Source: Adineta vaga (lineage: Eukaryota; Animalia; Rotifera). Taken from it: a DNA stretch of 64,000 bases. The DNA is taken from NCBI GenBank assembly GCA_021613535.1, contig CP075495.1, forward strand, positions 8,370,001-8,434,000, in the 5' to 3' direction. A model generated the notes under the pieces. It made no database searches, had not been told where the DNA came from, and was given only the letters and a program-made list of their open reading frames with translations. This document shows positions 13,539-29,248 of this stretch, piece by piece (within the stretch, counting starts at the first letter, position 1; each line of letters opens with the position of its first letter). The position numbers and the translations under genes are program-made.

Positions 13539-16424
13539 TTATTCCACAATATATTTTATTAGAACACTATAATGAGGATTTTGACCATATTTTGCACAAA
13601 TAGTAACATCTTCGGAACCCACAGTTATTTGTCGTTGTAATATTGAATTAGCAAAACCTTCTTCTCGAAGCATTCGAGAATCATTTGTCATTGTAACAGA
13701 TACGGCATCAGGTATATAACAATGAAATCTAACTACTGAATGTTTTTTTAATCGTTTGTATAAAGGTGTATATATACAACATTTCGTTGTTTGAAATTTC
13801 GTATAAGTAAAAGGAAACTTCATTGCTTGTTGAAAATGTGTAACATTAAGAGGAAACATAACAACTACATTGGCTGATTTGTCCTTATCATCGATTTTTC
13901 GTGCATAGACGAATAACTCATGTTTACCGGTATGTTCAGGTGCAAATAAAAGTTGCCAAAACTTTTTTTCATGATTGTATTGTGCTAACGAACCATTTTC
14001 TATAACTCCATCATTATATTTAATCGCGCAAGATAATTCAATATGATCTGGTGCTTGAATATGAACTTCTGAGTAGCACGCATTCTCTGACCATATTGCT
14101 GTAGCTCGTGAACGTGGTGATTTGATTTTCAAATCGAAGTTATAAAAAGGCTGCGACGTTTTTGGAAAGGACAATGGAGGTTTACGAATATGATTAGCCT
14201 CAAGATGATATGTTACAACTGAATAATAAAAACCATCGTCTGATTTCTTTGCTAGAATTAAAGCATCGAAGAAACCAGCTTCATTCGGTGCAAATCGACA
14301 ATGCCAAATACCTTGACGTCGATCATAATAAACTTGACTTCCACCTTCAATTTGTTTTTCTTGACGATTTTGCAATTCACCCATAAGTTCCACATCTGAA
14401 GGAGTTTTTAAACATATTTCAATGAAAGATGCTTCTTCTGACAGAAGAATTTTGCTACCACCTTCTGGAGACAAAACTTCAAGATTAAGATCGTAGAAAA
14501 GTTGTGTGGTATCCAGCAGAGAGTCTTTTTGAAAGGATAGTTGTCTAGCATCAATAATATACGACACAACAGAAGAAGAATTACCAGAATCAGATTTTCT
14601 CTTTGCATAAATATATCCTTCAAACATGCCATTTTCATTTGGGGCAAACGTACATCGCCATATGTCATTATCTCGATCATAATATATTTTGTGACTATTT
14701 AAAAGCTTTTCATTTCTATTGTTTTTAAGTTGACAACTAAGATCAATATCAAGAGGAGCTTTAATACGAACTTCCACAAAAGGTTTGTCTTCACGTACAA
14801 CAATAATACCTCGGCTAACTGGTGAAAGAATTTTAAGATCGAAATCATAGAATAATTGCCAAGTCTTTGGAAAGGAAAAAGGAGGTAATGGTATATGATT
14901 TGCATGGATCTTAAACGATATAGCTGATTGATATTTACCAGAATCAGTTTTTTTCTTTGCAAATATGATAGCATTGAAAATTCCATCTGCATCAGGAGCA
15001 AACTTACATCTCCAACAATCTTTCTGTCGATCATAATAAACTCGATCACCACATGAAACTGTTTGTTCATTCTTAGTTTCCAGTTTACCTATTAATTCTA
15101 CATCTGATGGTGTACTTATTGTTATTTGAGTAGATTTTTCACCATTGTTAAGATCGATGAAATGTGTTCCTAGTGGTGAAAGTACTTTCATTCCGAGATC
15201 ATAGAAAAGTTTCCAAGTGCGTGGATAACTAATAGGATTTATAGGCATTTCTTTGACTTTAAAAGTTAAATCAAGAACAGGATTGAATACGTCAACATCT
15301 ACATTTCCACGTTTGGCATAAATACTTATTTTATGATCACCAGTACTAGCAGGAGCAAAATAACAATTATAAACACGTTTTCTTTTATCGAAAATAACAG
15401 AGTCACCACCTTCGACTGTTCGATCATTTCGTTTTAAATGAGCCATTAAAGAAATATCTAATGATGTTTTTAAAATAACTAATGCATATGGTTTCTCCGG
15501 CTCAAGATGGACAAAACCTTGATTACGAGGTTGAATTATTTCGAGACCGTATTCAAAATATAGAGGACGAAGTTTAGGCATCATCATATACTGATTCATC
15601 TTGATCGGCGTTTCTAATAGTTGCCATTTTTCTTCTTTCGGTAAATGATGATAGATCATCTCATTAGGACGAGCAAGAAAATAATATGTGTCCAAACGAC
15701 GTTCAAACAGTTTCTCATCATTCAAGTGACCTGCACCCCATGTTGAGTCGAGTAAATACCAATGATTATAGATCTCAACAGCATTCCATGCGTGATCAGT
15801 TTCAGCTGGTGCACCTTCTCGATCATCGAACCCATAACCTTTTGAATATCCGCCAACGATTTCACATGGTATTTGCATTTGATCACAGAGATGTTTGTAA
15901 ATATTAGCATAACCAGCACAAACACCTTTTCGTGTCCGAAAGACTCCTTCAGCTGTTTGATCTGCATAGTTTTTTGTAAAATATGAGACAGTATCGTATT
16001 CAATGTTGATTGCAGTCCAATAGTAAATAAACCAATGTCGATCAATAATAGATTTTCCCTCAGAAAATCTTCTTAGTATATCTGCAAGATCTGGAAGCGA
16101 TTTTGGTTGCCATGATTCTATGATAGATCGATAAGCTATTTTATTTATTTTCTTTTCACGTTGTGGAATAAAAACATGATTAAACGCCTCAGGATCAACA
16201 ACTTTAATGTCAATAAATTCATCATCTTTTTTATCGTTTGTGGATTCTACAATTGAAATTTCTATTGAGTCAAAATTCGTATCTGGAAAAAGATCCGGAA
16301 TCGGTTTTCGAACAGGATCTGGAGTTGGTTTTTGAATAAGGTCAGGAATTTGATCATGGGATGTTGCTGGCTTAGAAACAGGTTCAGTAACTTTAACAGA
16401 TTCTTTAGATCTGCAAATGCCCAT
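13539..16424 (-). CDS. Kyphoscoliosis peptidase (KY)/hillarin-like transglutaminase-fold protein with six C-terminal Ig-like repeats; intronless, 961 aa
   Basis: Catalytic triad motifs GVCAGYA, HAWNAV and LLDSTWGAG. Repeats of about 118 aa (LxxxSP...WxCxFAP...FPKTW). N-terminal MGIC suggests lipidation. Confidence 0.9.
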   Translation of the reverse strand: MGICRSKESVKVTEPVSKPATSHDQIPDLIQKPTPDPVRKPIPDLFPDTNFDSIEISIVESTNDKKDDEFIDIKVVDPEAFNHVFIPQREKKINKIAYRSIIESWQPKSLPDLADILRRFSEGKSIIDRHWFIYYWTAINIEYDTVSYFTKNYADQTAEGVFRTRKGVCAGYANIYKHLCDQMQIPCEIVGGYSKGYGFDDREGAPAETDHAWNAVEIYNHWYLLDSTWGAGHLNDEKLFERRLDTYYFLARPNEMIYHHLPKEEKWQLLETPIKMNQYMMMPKLRPLYFEYGLEIIQPRNQGFVHLEPEKPYALVILKTSLDISLMAHLKRNDRTVEGGDSVIFDKRKRVYNCYFAPASTGDHKISIYAKRGNVDVDVFNPVLDLTFKVKEMPINPISYPRTWKLFYDLGMKVLSPLGTHFIDLNNGEKSTQITISTPSDVELIGKLETKNEQTVSCGDRVYYDRQKDCWRCKFAPDADGIFNAIIFAKKKTDSGKYQSAISFKIHANHIPLPPFSFPKTWQLFYDFDLKILSPVSRGIIVVREDKPFVEVRIKAPLDIDLSCQLKNNRNEKLLNSHKIYYDRDNDIWRCTFAPNENGMFEGYIYAKRKSDSGNSSSVVSYIIDARQLSFQKDSLLDTTQLFYDLNLEVLSPEGGSKILLSEEASFIEICLKTPSDVELMGELQNRQEKQIEGGSQVYYDRRQGIWHCRFAPNEAGFFDALILAKKSDDGFYYSVVTYHLEANHIRKPPLSFPKTSQPFYNFDLKIKSPRSRATAIWSENACYSEVHIQAPDHIELSCAIKYNDGVIENGSLAQYNHEKKFWQLLFAPEHTGKHELFVYARKIDDKDKSANVVVMFPLNVTHFQQAMKFPFTYTKFQTTKCCIYTPLYKRLKKHSVVRFHCYIPDAVSVTMTNDSRMLREEGFANSILQRQITVGSEDVTICAKYGQNPHYSVLIKYIVE
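15551..16052. repeat. About 500 bp near-identical direct repeat, copy A (KY catalytic core)
   Basis: Matches 21317-21818 at a constant offset of 5766. I count about 4 mismatches over 15551-16046. Confidence 0.95.
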
Positions 16425-16839
16425 ATTTCTTACTTTATATATTTATTTAAACACTTTAGTTTTGATAAAAGAAACAAAAGAAACTATTGACGTAAAAAGA
16501 TCTTCATATCTCATGTCTATGCATTATATTTATTATCAATCTCGAGAAGGACAACATGGCGCTCCTGTCGTAAAAAATACAGGTGAATATTCTGTAGGAA
16601 GTAGAAACAGACGACAATATCAATCATAAAAGCAAGTTTGTGCATTCTAATGACGAATACATTTGATTACTCGTCGTAAACTTTTTTCCACGAATTTGAT
16701 TATTTTTACATATCAATACAATTATCTCTATATAGAATACTCTCATAAATATTACATATATATATACCACATTAAACTATATATTTTAAATTCATAGCAT
16801 TGAATAGAACAGTTTTTTGTTCATTTTTTGCCCAAGTTT

Positions 16840-18314
16840 CAAAATTGTCATATAATACTGTTTGTTTTCACTACATGCTATTCATACTAACCTACCCCAT
16901 GATTTATCGTATTCAATATGCCGATTGCACAAATATTTTTTAAATCGAATGAATAGAATTCTTTCATGTTAGAGAATAAATACCAGAGTTTTGTGGAAGT
17001 ATATCAACATTTAATGTTAAACTAGGAACTTGATCATTTAGCGAAGGTAAAAATTCTATGTTTACCCACATTTGTTGGAGTGAAATAACAATGATAGAGT
17101 TGTCTTTTAGTTTCGAAAACGTGAACAGATGGACATTTGATGGTGCTCGAAGAAATACTAAAGCATAGGATTGACCTTTCACTAAAGATACATGTGTTAG
17201 ATAACGTGGACCGACTAGTTCTAGATTAAGATCAAAATATCGTAAAGAAACTGTTGGCATATGTAAATATTGTTCTATACTAATTGATGTCTTTAATAAT
17301 TGCCATTTATCATCTTTAGGGAAATGATTATATATCATTTGATGGAGTAGAACAAGGAAATAATACGATTCCAATACTTTTTCAAAACCATGTTCTTTAG
17401 TTATACGACCAGCATCCAGGTCATATCTAATGGATACCGATGATTTTGAATTTTAACAACATTCCATCTATGAGTAGTTTTAAGATATGTATCAACATAG
17501 TCTTGTTCTTCAGATTCATAATCTCTGGCATATCCAGAAACTTCGAAACATGTCAAATCTAATTTAGTACACAAATGTCTATACAAAGTACTAAACCAAT
17601 ACATAGATCTGTTCGTTTATGGAAAATATCTTTTGCTGATTGAACATAAAAATTTTCATTAAAATACGATGCAGCATCAAATGTGATATTGCATGCAATC
17701 CAATAGAATATTATCCAATAACAATCGATTTCAGGTTTTGTTTTTGATAAATTTCTAATTAGTTTAACAAGTTGACGAAGTTTAGCAGGTTTCCAAGATT
17801 CTATAGCTGTTCGATAATATGTATTATTTATAGCATCATGACGTTGTTGAACGAACACAGGATTAAATGCTTCAAGATCAACGTCTACAATTTCAACAGA
17901 ATCATTAGTTGAAGAAGGAAGTCCATCAATGATGAATGTATCGGATGCTACTATAATATCATTTTCTAATACATCATTAGAGTTACTATTTTTGACTGAA
18001 GATAATGTATGCTCATGAAATATATCATCGGTAGATCTTTGAGATCGATGCTCATATAATGGTTCTAAATTAGACGATAGCCGATTTGTAACATCGTCAT
18101 TTGGATGTTTCGGTGGTTGATCTATTGTTAAAGATTGTGGTAGAAAATTATCTACTACTATCTGTTTAACATTTTTCTCTTGTGTATCAGTCGACGAAAT
18201 AGGCTTTCGATGTTGCTTTTCATCAATGATTGTATTTGATAACGATTGATGAAAGGATTCATCGACGGGAACTATTTTCGTAGGTATCTAAAACTTAGTG
18301 CATTCACAGCCCAT
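16840..18314 (-). pseudogene. Decayed KY-like transglutaminase paralogue
   Basis: MGCECTKF then a stop. Homologous fragments lie in different frames: WIIFYWIACNITFD, EVSGYARDY...THRWNVVKIQNH, YYFL...MIYNHFPKDDKWQLL. C-terminal repeats are largely lost. Confidence 0.85.
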
Positions 18315-19209
18315 TTTATTGTATTTCACTTGTGATGTGTAATAATTGAAATCATGCACTTAGACGTTCTTTTAAATGTATAACAACTGCCACTTTATAA
18401 TGAAGTAACACTTATCTCTTTGCTAACTTGATGCAAAAGAAATTTATATTCAATTAAAAATGAGAAAAAAAGACACAATGGAATAGAACCATTAGAGAAA
18501 GTTTCGATATTCTTGTTACTTTTTGTTATTATCGGTGACGTATGAAGTAGGTGTGAAAATCTAATAGATCGAAATCATTCTATAGACTCGTTAAGAACTA
18601 GACGATATATTAATAGTTTTTCTGAGAGAAAACCTTCTAAACCAAAATTATTTTTCTATGATTAGCATTCTAAATCTATTGAAACTTTTATTGATTAAGA
18701 TTAACTTTCCTCTCTCTCTCTCTGGATTGAATGTCAAACTACCATATTTATATTAAGCAAAAGTTATTCTACATTGCATTTGAAGTTATTCTTCGTAATT
18801 ATTTGAAATCAGATACTAAAAATAATGACTTTTGTCTTACAAGAAATCTAAGATTTGTTTTCGAATATTTTTTTCTTCATCAAACTATTTGATTAATGTC
18901 TATGAATGTATCTACATAAGAGAAATAGTAGAAGATCATTCGTTAACAATGACTGATGTGACCATCGATAGCAAACAGACTAGAAAGAAAGGATGTCATC
19001 GAATAGTCTGTTTTTACATGTAATCTAAGAACTATGAAGAAAGATGTCAATAATAGAGAAAAAAAGACGAAGAAAAAAAAACAGAACAGAATATATAAAT
19101 AAATAGCTAATGCAATAGTTCTTCTTCTTTCATTTCTTGAGAAAGCTGTTGACACTTTAGGTACTTGATTATTGTTTGGAAATTTAGAGCCACGAATCGA
19201 TATATCCAA

Positions 19210-19909
19210 ATGGAAATAGATATACATTTAACACATGATCGAAAAGAAAAAGACAAGGAAGAAAATAAAACTTTCAAATCATCCAATAGAAAGACGAATC
19301 TTTTTATTGATGTATGTCAATCATCTTCAATCTTTATTTTTCTAATCATTATTGCAATTATTCCAAGTAAGTTTATTTTCATAAAATGTTTTAGATAGGT
19401 TCTTTTTTGTTTTAGTCTTACAAATATTTATGGGTTGGCGGTATTCTGATGCATGTCCAATAAATAAATTAATTCCACATTATTCTATTGTAGCTGGTAT
19501 TGTTAGTCTTTTTCTAGTTATTCTTATTTCAATTACACAATTCATCACCCGAGTATATGGAAGAAAAATGTTTGATGATAATAGTGATAAAGCAAATCCG
19601 AATCGTGCAACAATGCTGGTTGGTTGTGGAATATGTAGTATTATGTGTATAAATCTATCTCTATTTATATTTTTACTTGGTTGGTCTATTACTGGTTTAG
19701 TATGGGTGGTTGAAGTATGGCATCGTGTTCAATATTTATATGTCGACAAAGATGATTATTGTCATCCTATACTTTATCAATTTACTTTTTCAATTCTGTT
19801 AATTACAACAATCCTTAAACTAATATTTTTTTGTTTTGTTTGCAAGAAAACATGTGTTAAAGTGGCTACTACGAGAAGAAAAGATACTATTACATCAGAA
19901 GATGGTTAA
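19210..19909 (+). CDS. TMEM272-like four-pass membrane protein, 2 exons (19210-19366, 19416-19909)
   Basis: MGWRYSDACPINKLIPHYSIVAGIV, FLLGWSITGLVWV and DDYCHPILYQFTF match the TMEM272-family pattern; 49-nt GT-AG intron. Confidence 0.75.
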
Positions 19910-20003
19910 AAGTATAACATTTATTTCATATATATTTTGAATGATTTTTTTCAAATGGATATATAATTTTAAATAAGATGTAGAGTATAACTTGGACAAA
20001 TAT

Positions 20004-22142
20004 TTATTGAACAGTATATTTCACAAGACCACTATATTTTGTATCTTCATCATATTTGGCGTAAATGACAACTTCTTTTGAACCGTCAGTAATTTGTCGT
20101 TGAAGAACAGGATGTGTATAACCTTCCTTTTCAAGCCATTTGGAATCGACTTTTAAAGTGACTTCTTTTGCACCGGGAATTATACAATTGATTGAAACGA
20201 CAGAGTTGCTATTTAAAATTCCATCTATAGGTGTATAAATATGACACTTAGTTGTTTGAAATCGAGTATAAATTGTAGGAAATTTCATTGATTGTTGAAG
20301 TGTAGTTGCATTCAGATTGAATTCGACGACGGATGTATAGTCTGATTCATTATTATTATTATTATTCCGTTTACCATAAACGATTAGTCTATGTTGTCCA
20401 ATACGTTCAGGTGCAAATAAAAGTTGCCAAAGATTTTTTTCTCTATAGTATTGTACTAATGATCCGTTTTCAATTTTAACATCATTGTATTTTATTATAC
20501 TTGAAAATTGAACATCATCAGGTGCTTTAATTAAAACTTCAGCATAGGATGCATCATCAGCCCAGACGGCGTTAGCACGATTCAAAGGAGCTACTATTTC
20601 AAGATCTAGATCGTAGAACTCTTGCCATGTACGTGGATATGAAATGGTAGATGTCGGAATATCTTTCGCATCAATTTTAAATGACACAGCTGACGAATAA
20701 TGTCCCGAGTCTGATGTTTTCTTTGCCAAAATCTCAGCTTGAAATACTCCATCATGATTCGGTGCAAAATTACATTGCCAAATATTTTTTCGCCGTCGAT
20801 AATAAACTTGATGCCTATTCTCTACTTTTTCTCCTTTATCATTCTTTAACATTCCATGAAGTTCGATGTTTTCGGGTGTTTTGATTAAGATCTGTGCACA
20901 ACCCTCTCCATTGGTGAGTTTAATTAAATGTGTGTTTTGCGGCGAGATGACTTCCAAACCTAAATCAGAAAATCTATCTCAAGTTTTGGGAAAAGTAACG
21001 GATTCTTTTAATATTTGTTTGACATCTAAGATTAAACCGAGTACTGAATGATGTATACTATTCTCAGTGGTACCACATTTGCCATAAATTGTTATTTTAT
21101 GTTTACCTGCATTAGCTGGAGCAAAATAACAACAGTAAACTTTCTTTAATTTATCTAAGACAAGACGATGGCCACCTTCTATCTTTTTATCATTCAATTT
21201 TAAATCAGCCAAGAGATGTATATCAGTTGGTATTCGTATAAGAACTAGAGCATAAGACTTACCTGGAAGAAGGTCAACATGAGCTTTATTATATGGACTA
21301 ATTAATTCTAAATTCAATTCAAAATATGGAGGACGAAGTTTAGGCATCATCATATACTGATTCATCTTGATCGGCGTTTCTAATAGTTGCCATTTTTCTT
21401 CTTTTGGTAAATGATGATAGATCATCTCATTAGGACGAGTAAGAAAATAATATGTGTCCAAACGACGTTCAAACAGTTTCTCATCATTCAAGTGACCTGC
21501 ACCCCATGTTGAGTCGAGTAAATACCAATGATTATAGATCTCAACAGCATTCCATGCGTGATCAGTTTCAGCTGGTGCACCTTCTCGATCATCGAACCCA
21601 TAACCTTTTGAATATCCGCCAACGATTTCACATGGTATTTGCATTTGATCACAGAGATGTTTGTAAATATTAGCATAACCAGCACAAACACCTTTTCGTG
21701 TCCGAAAGACTCCTTCAGCTGTTTGATCTGCATAGTTTTTTGTAAAATATGAGACAGTATCGTATTCAATGTTGATTGCAGTCCAATAGTAAATAAACCA
21801 ATATCGATCAATGATAGACTTGTCTTTTGAAAAAGCTTTTATAGTGTTGACTAGCTCTGGAAGTGAAGTCGATTTCCATGTTTCGATCGTTGATCGATAC
21901 GATTGATTATCAATGACTTGTTGTCGTTGTTGAATAAATGATTCATTGAATGCATCTGGATCAGCAAGTTGAGAATTAAAAGTATTTTTTTTCATAAGAA
22001 GTTTTGTAATAATTGCATCATCTGTTTCTGTAGTGATACGTTTCTGAACGACACTTTCATCATACTGGTCATCAGGCTGATTGTCAGCTTGGCGAACCCA
22101 TGGTTCGGGAACTACAGCTATTTTTCTATTGCAACAACCCAT
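20004..22142 (-). pseudogene. KY-like transglutaminase paralogue with four Ig-like repeats, interrupted by one in-frame TGA at 20981-20979
   Basis: The two ORFs are in the same frame (...FPKT*DRFSDLGLEVISP...), where the paralogue reads YPRTWKLFYDLGMKVLSP. Triad intact; N-terminus MGCC. Confidence 0.85.
21317..21818. repeat. About 500 bp near-identical direct repeat, copy B (KY catalytic core)
   Basis: Partner of 15551-16052. Both copies give identical shadow ORFs (15686/21452 and 15722/21488). Confidence 0.95.
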
Positions 22143-23306
22143 TTGTTACTTGTATAAGATATCGGTAATGTGATTAATATTGATGAAGACGCTTTATTTT
22201 CATTTTGAAACGTATCCGTTTTTCGTACCTTCTTTTATAGTAAAATTGTAGAAGAAAATATGTTTTATGTTATATAAACAGTCAGCTTTGGCTGTTTTAC
22301 TTGTGTTGATTCCTATGTTTTGAAATTGATCGACTTTGACGACGTCGAGTAAGATGAAAGAAAAAAAGGGGAAAACCTTCATGAAAGTATTTTTTAAAAA
22401 TCAACACACTCTCTACATCACTTGTTGTGTTCTTCGAAATAATTGACGGTTGTTGGAAAAATAAAATATGTAAATTATGCTTTCTCTACGGACGGGAAAT
22501 ATCTAACGTTGAACGAAATATTCAACGTTAAAACAAAAAAAGCGAAGTATACCATTACAGTTTTAATTGATCATACGAAAATCCTTTTTGCGAAACATTT
22601 CAATATATTCTATTATAATAATTTTACGGTGAATTGTTGAATGACATAATTTTTAAAGTACATGTTCATTGTAAACGCTATTTTCATCCTTGTAGCATGC
22701 ATCTAACAGTCACAAAGTATTATAAAATTGCCTACTGATATTAAGAATGAATAAGTTAATATTTTCTCAAAACTCAAAAAAAACGTTTAATTTTGCTTTT
22801 ACAAGATAAAAAGAAGAATTATGCGTATTCTTGATAAAAGATAAGACCAATCATGAAGTGTCTATAATCTATTCATATATATATATATATATATGTCTAT
22901 TCAAGTCATCAAGAGTAGAGACAAGAGTGGTAGTCGACTCTTGATACGGCAGATGACGCTAATTTCCCGAAACTATCAAGCGGATTGATTGTTCAGCTCA
23001 TTGGGCGAATAACGTTGTCGTAAATAATTCGCATCATATCACATTATAGTATAGTGTAATGTATGTTATTCTTTTTTCTCTTTGAAAAACACTGATTGAT
23101 CATCAACAACTATTCTCTACTTCTCTATTTTAAGATATTGCATTAAATAAAATATATATGAAATAAATCAATTGAAACGAAGAAGTTCATAATAATGTTT
23201 CTGATATTCAGAACACAAACTGGTTGATTTGTTTTCTTTTTCATCGATGATTTCTTGCACTTTATTTATGTGTTTAACAAATATTATTAATATCTCACCG
23301 ACAAAT

Positions 23307-26969
<3,663 letters not shown>

Positions 26970-27462
26970 AAGAATGCATTTCATTTTTAGTCTATAAAAT
27001 CTTATACATATCTTGCATTATTATTTAATTGCTTTTTTCTTTGACTTTTATGTATTGATATATATATATATATATGCATGTGTGTATGGTAACAAAAACA
27101 TTCGTTTATTTTGACTATTTGTTGTTTCGTGAAATAGAACAAAAATTCTTTTGAAATTAATGTACGTGTGTAAATAGAACAGATAAGAAATAAATAAATA
27201 AATAAGAGAATTTTATTGCATTTATGAACTATACTCACTTTACTTACGACCTGCATATATCAGTAATACATATCAGATAAAAATGAATCATTATATTAGT
27301 ATCTATAATCTATATTGACATATGATGTCGCTAATAAATAAACTAGAAGAACAGAATCATTTTCTTTTCGTTTATTTTGCCTTTTTTTCCTCCTTATTCT
27401 GACGTCGTATATATAGTTTTGTAAGAAAACATACTAACATCACAGATTATATATATTCTCCA

Positions 27463-28020
27463 ATGACTACAATTGCAACAATTCGAGAACGATTGATTCA
27501 AATGAAGATGAATTATTCTTATTAAATAATATATTAATTGAAATTGAACGAGAAAATAAAAGATATTTAATCGAGCATCTTTGTTTCATGCTATTGAAAG
27601 TGGCAAATCATTGAATTTTCTCAAACAATTACTTGATTTTCATGTTCGAATAACTAGTCGAATATTAATTTGTATTATTCGTTATGGCAATTTACAAATC
27701 TTAACATTATTTCATCATAGTCATGCTGATTTTCGTCAAACATATCATGATTTATCTCTTATTCTACATGAATGTATCATACTTCATAAAAATAATCTAG
27801 TCACTTTTTTAACTGAACAAGGAGCGTGTAAGTTAAATTCTTTGAAATGATTTTCTTTTCAGTTAAAAATTCGACAACGACCTTAGATCGATCCAAATAG
27901 TTCTGATCTTGATTATCAAACTCCATTATTATATGCGACATTTTGAACAAATCTTGATTGAAGCCATTTATATCCTTTGTTGTTATGCTTTGATAGATTC
28001 GTATTATGCACGAAAAAATT
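27463..28020 (+). pseudogene. Frameshifted ankyrin-repeat gene, 5' fragment
   Basis: Coding-like sequence from ATG 27463 changes frame twice. It contains LHECIILHKNNLVTFLTEQGA|IDPNSSDLDYQTPLLYA followed by a stop. Confidence 0.6.
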
Positions 28021-28079
28021 GAACATATACATAATTCATTTTTAGGAAATCACGAATAGTGTAGAAATCGTTAACTCGA

Positions 28080-28235
28080 TTCGAGTATTAAACTTCTTCT
28101 TCGACTTCTCAACTTACAATATCTAGAAGTCGAAGCTGCGAGTTTTCGAGCTTTAAACTATTCAACCTCCACATTTTGCTCTTTACCTTCGAACACCCAC
28201 ACCCATAACTAAACTTTAAAAGTTTAATACTCGAA
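28080..28235. mobile_element. 156-bp MITE-like/foldback element
   Basis: Perfect 16-bp inverted ends TTCGAGTATTAAACTT (28080-28095) and AAGTTTAATACTCGAA (28220-28235), plus an internal 11-bp hairpin (28099-28109/28125-28135). No TSD visible. Confidence 0.55.
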
Positions 28236-28239
28236 ACGT

Positions 28240-28930
28240 CTTTTAGAGTTGTACATGTATGTTAAATCACGAATGATTTCTTGATTTTCTTGCTCTTTTT
28301 TCTATAATTCATTACGTAAATCATTTACAGTTTCCAGAATATCTTCATAGATTCCAGGACGACGAATTTGATCGGTAGTTAATTGTTTGCCATATTCTTT
28401 CGTATTCAAATGTAAACCATCGAAAAATTTTTCCACATGAAACGTATCTTCCATTATATTTGTTCTAGACTGGAATAAGTTTACGTTCAAAAGTCAGTTA
28501 CATTCTATTTTTTTCTTACTTGAATATCATTGTTTATCGGAGGTGATAAAACATTAACGTATGTATCGTCGAGAGCATTGTACATCTTGTCTTCAATTAA
28601 ACATATTGCTAAAGAATGATTGATGATGAGATAATGACTAAAAAAGTATGCCTTGTTGATAACAAGCTAAAATTGAGTTCTACCTGAATAGATGATGCTG
28701 TTCCCAGTAGTTACATATGACCAATCCACAAGTTGAAAATTTGAACAGATGCTAAAGAAAAAGACAACATGATACTCAGCTCTGATATAACGGTAAAATT
28801 CAAACTGCACAAGTTGATAGAGAGAAGTACATACGGTTGTTACAAAACACTGAGCGCATAAACACATATTTACAAAATTTTTTCTCTACATATTCATTTA
28901 ATTTGGAACAATCAACTAATGAACATTATC
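28240..28930 (-). pseudogene. Decayed multi-exon gene with Cys/His-rich N-terminus and coiled-coil-like tail
   Basis: Plausible splice sites and fragments CLCAQCF, STCGLVICNYWEQHHLF and ILETVNDLRNEL*KKEQENQEII with an in-frame stop. Confidence 0.35.
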
Positions 28931-28970
28931 GAAAAAAACAGCCACACGATGATGGCGAAATAAAATGATA

Positions 28971-29248
28971 CCCTAGGTCGAATCGTACGACCCGGAAACG
29001 GGAGGTTCTATGGACTTCCGAGAATTTCATAGAAGCAGTATTCCGGCCGCAAATTTTTCCAGTAAGTTTCTGTCAAAAAGCACATGAAGTTGCCAAGAAT
29101 CCATGGAGAAAAATTGCGAAAGCTTCGGGCCGGAATACTGCATCCATGTTCCAGAGATTTCCGGTGTTTTCCTACAGGATCCGGCGATATTCCCGCATCT
29201 TTCCAGCCAGATCCCGTGGGGCCCGATGGGTGGAAGCATAGTCCTGGG
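28971..29248. mobile_element. About 280 bp GC-enriched non-autonomous repeat with degenerate terminal inverted repeats
   Basis: Abrupt rise in GC with many CCGG/GGATCC words. Ends CCCTAGGTCG...GTCCTGGG; preceded by TA; no credible protein product. Confidence 0.55.

Noticed and set aside
15686-16045. Identical 73-aa and 107-aa ORFs repeated at 21452-21811
   Set aside because: They are antisense and alternate-frame shadows of the duplicated KY core, not separate genes.
20979-20981. Selenocysteine or alternative-code reading of TGA
   Set aside because: The homologous residue is Trp, not Cys, and other genes here (OTU, DDB1, RSPH14) use TGA as a normal stop.
22504-22530. 10-bp inverted repeat TAACGTTGAA/TTCAACGTTA
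   Set aside because: Short and AT-rich, so plausible by chance; no supporting context.
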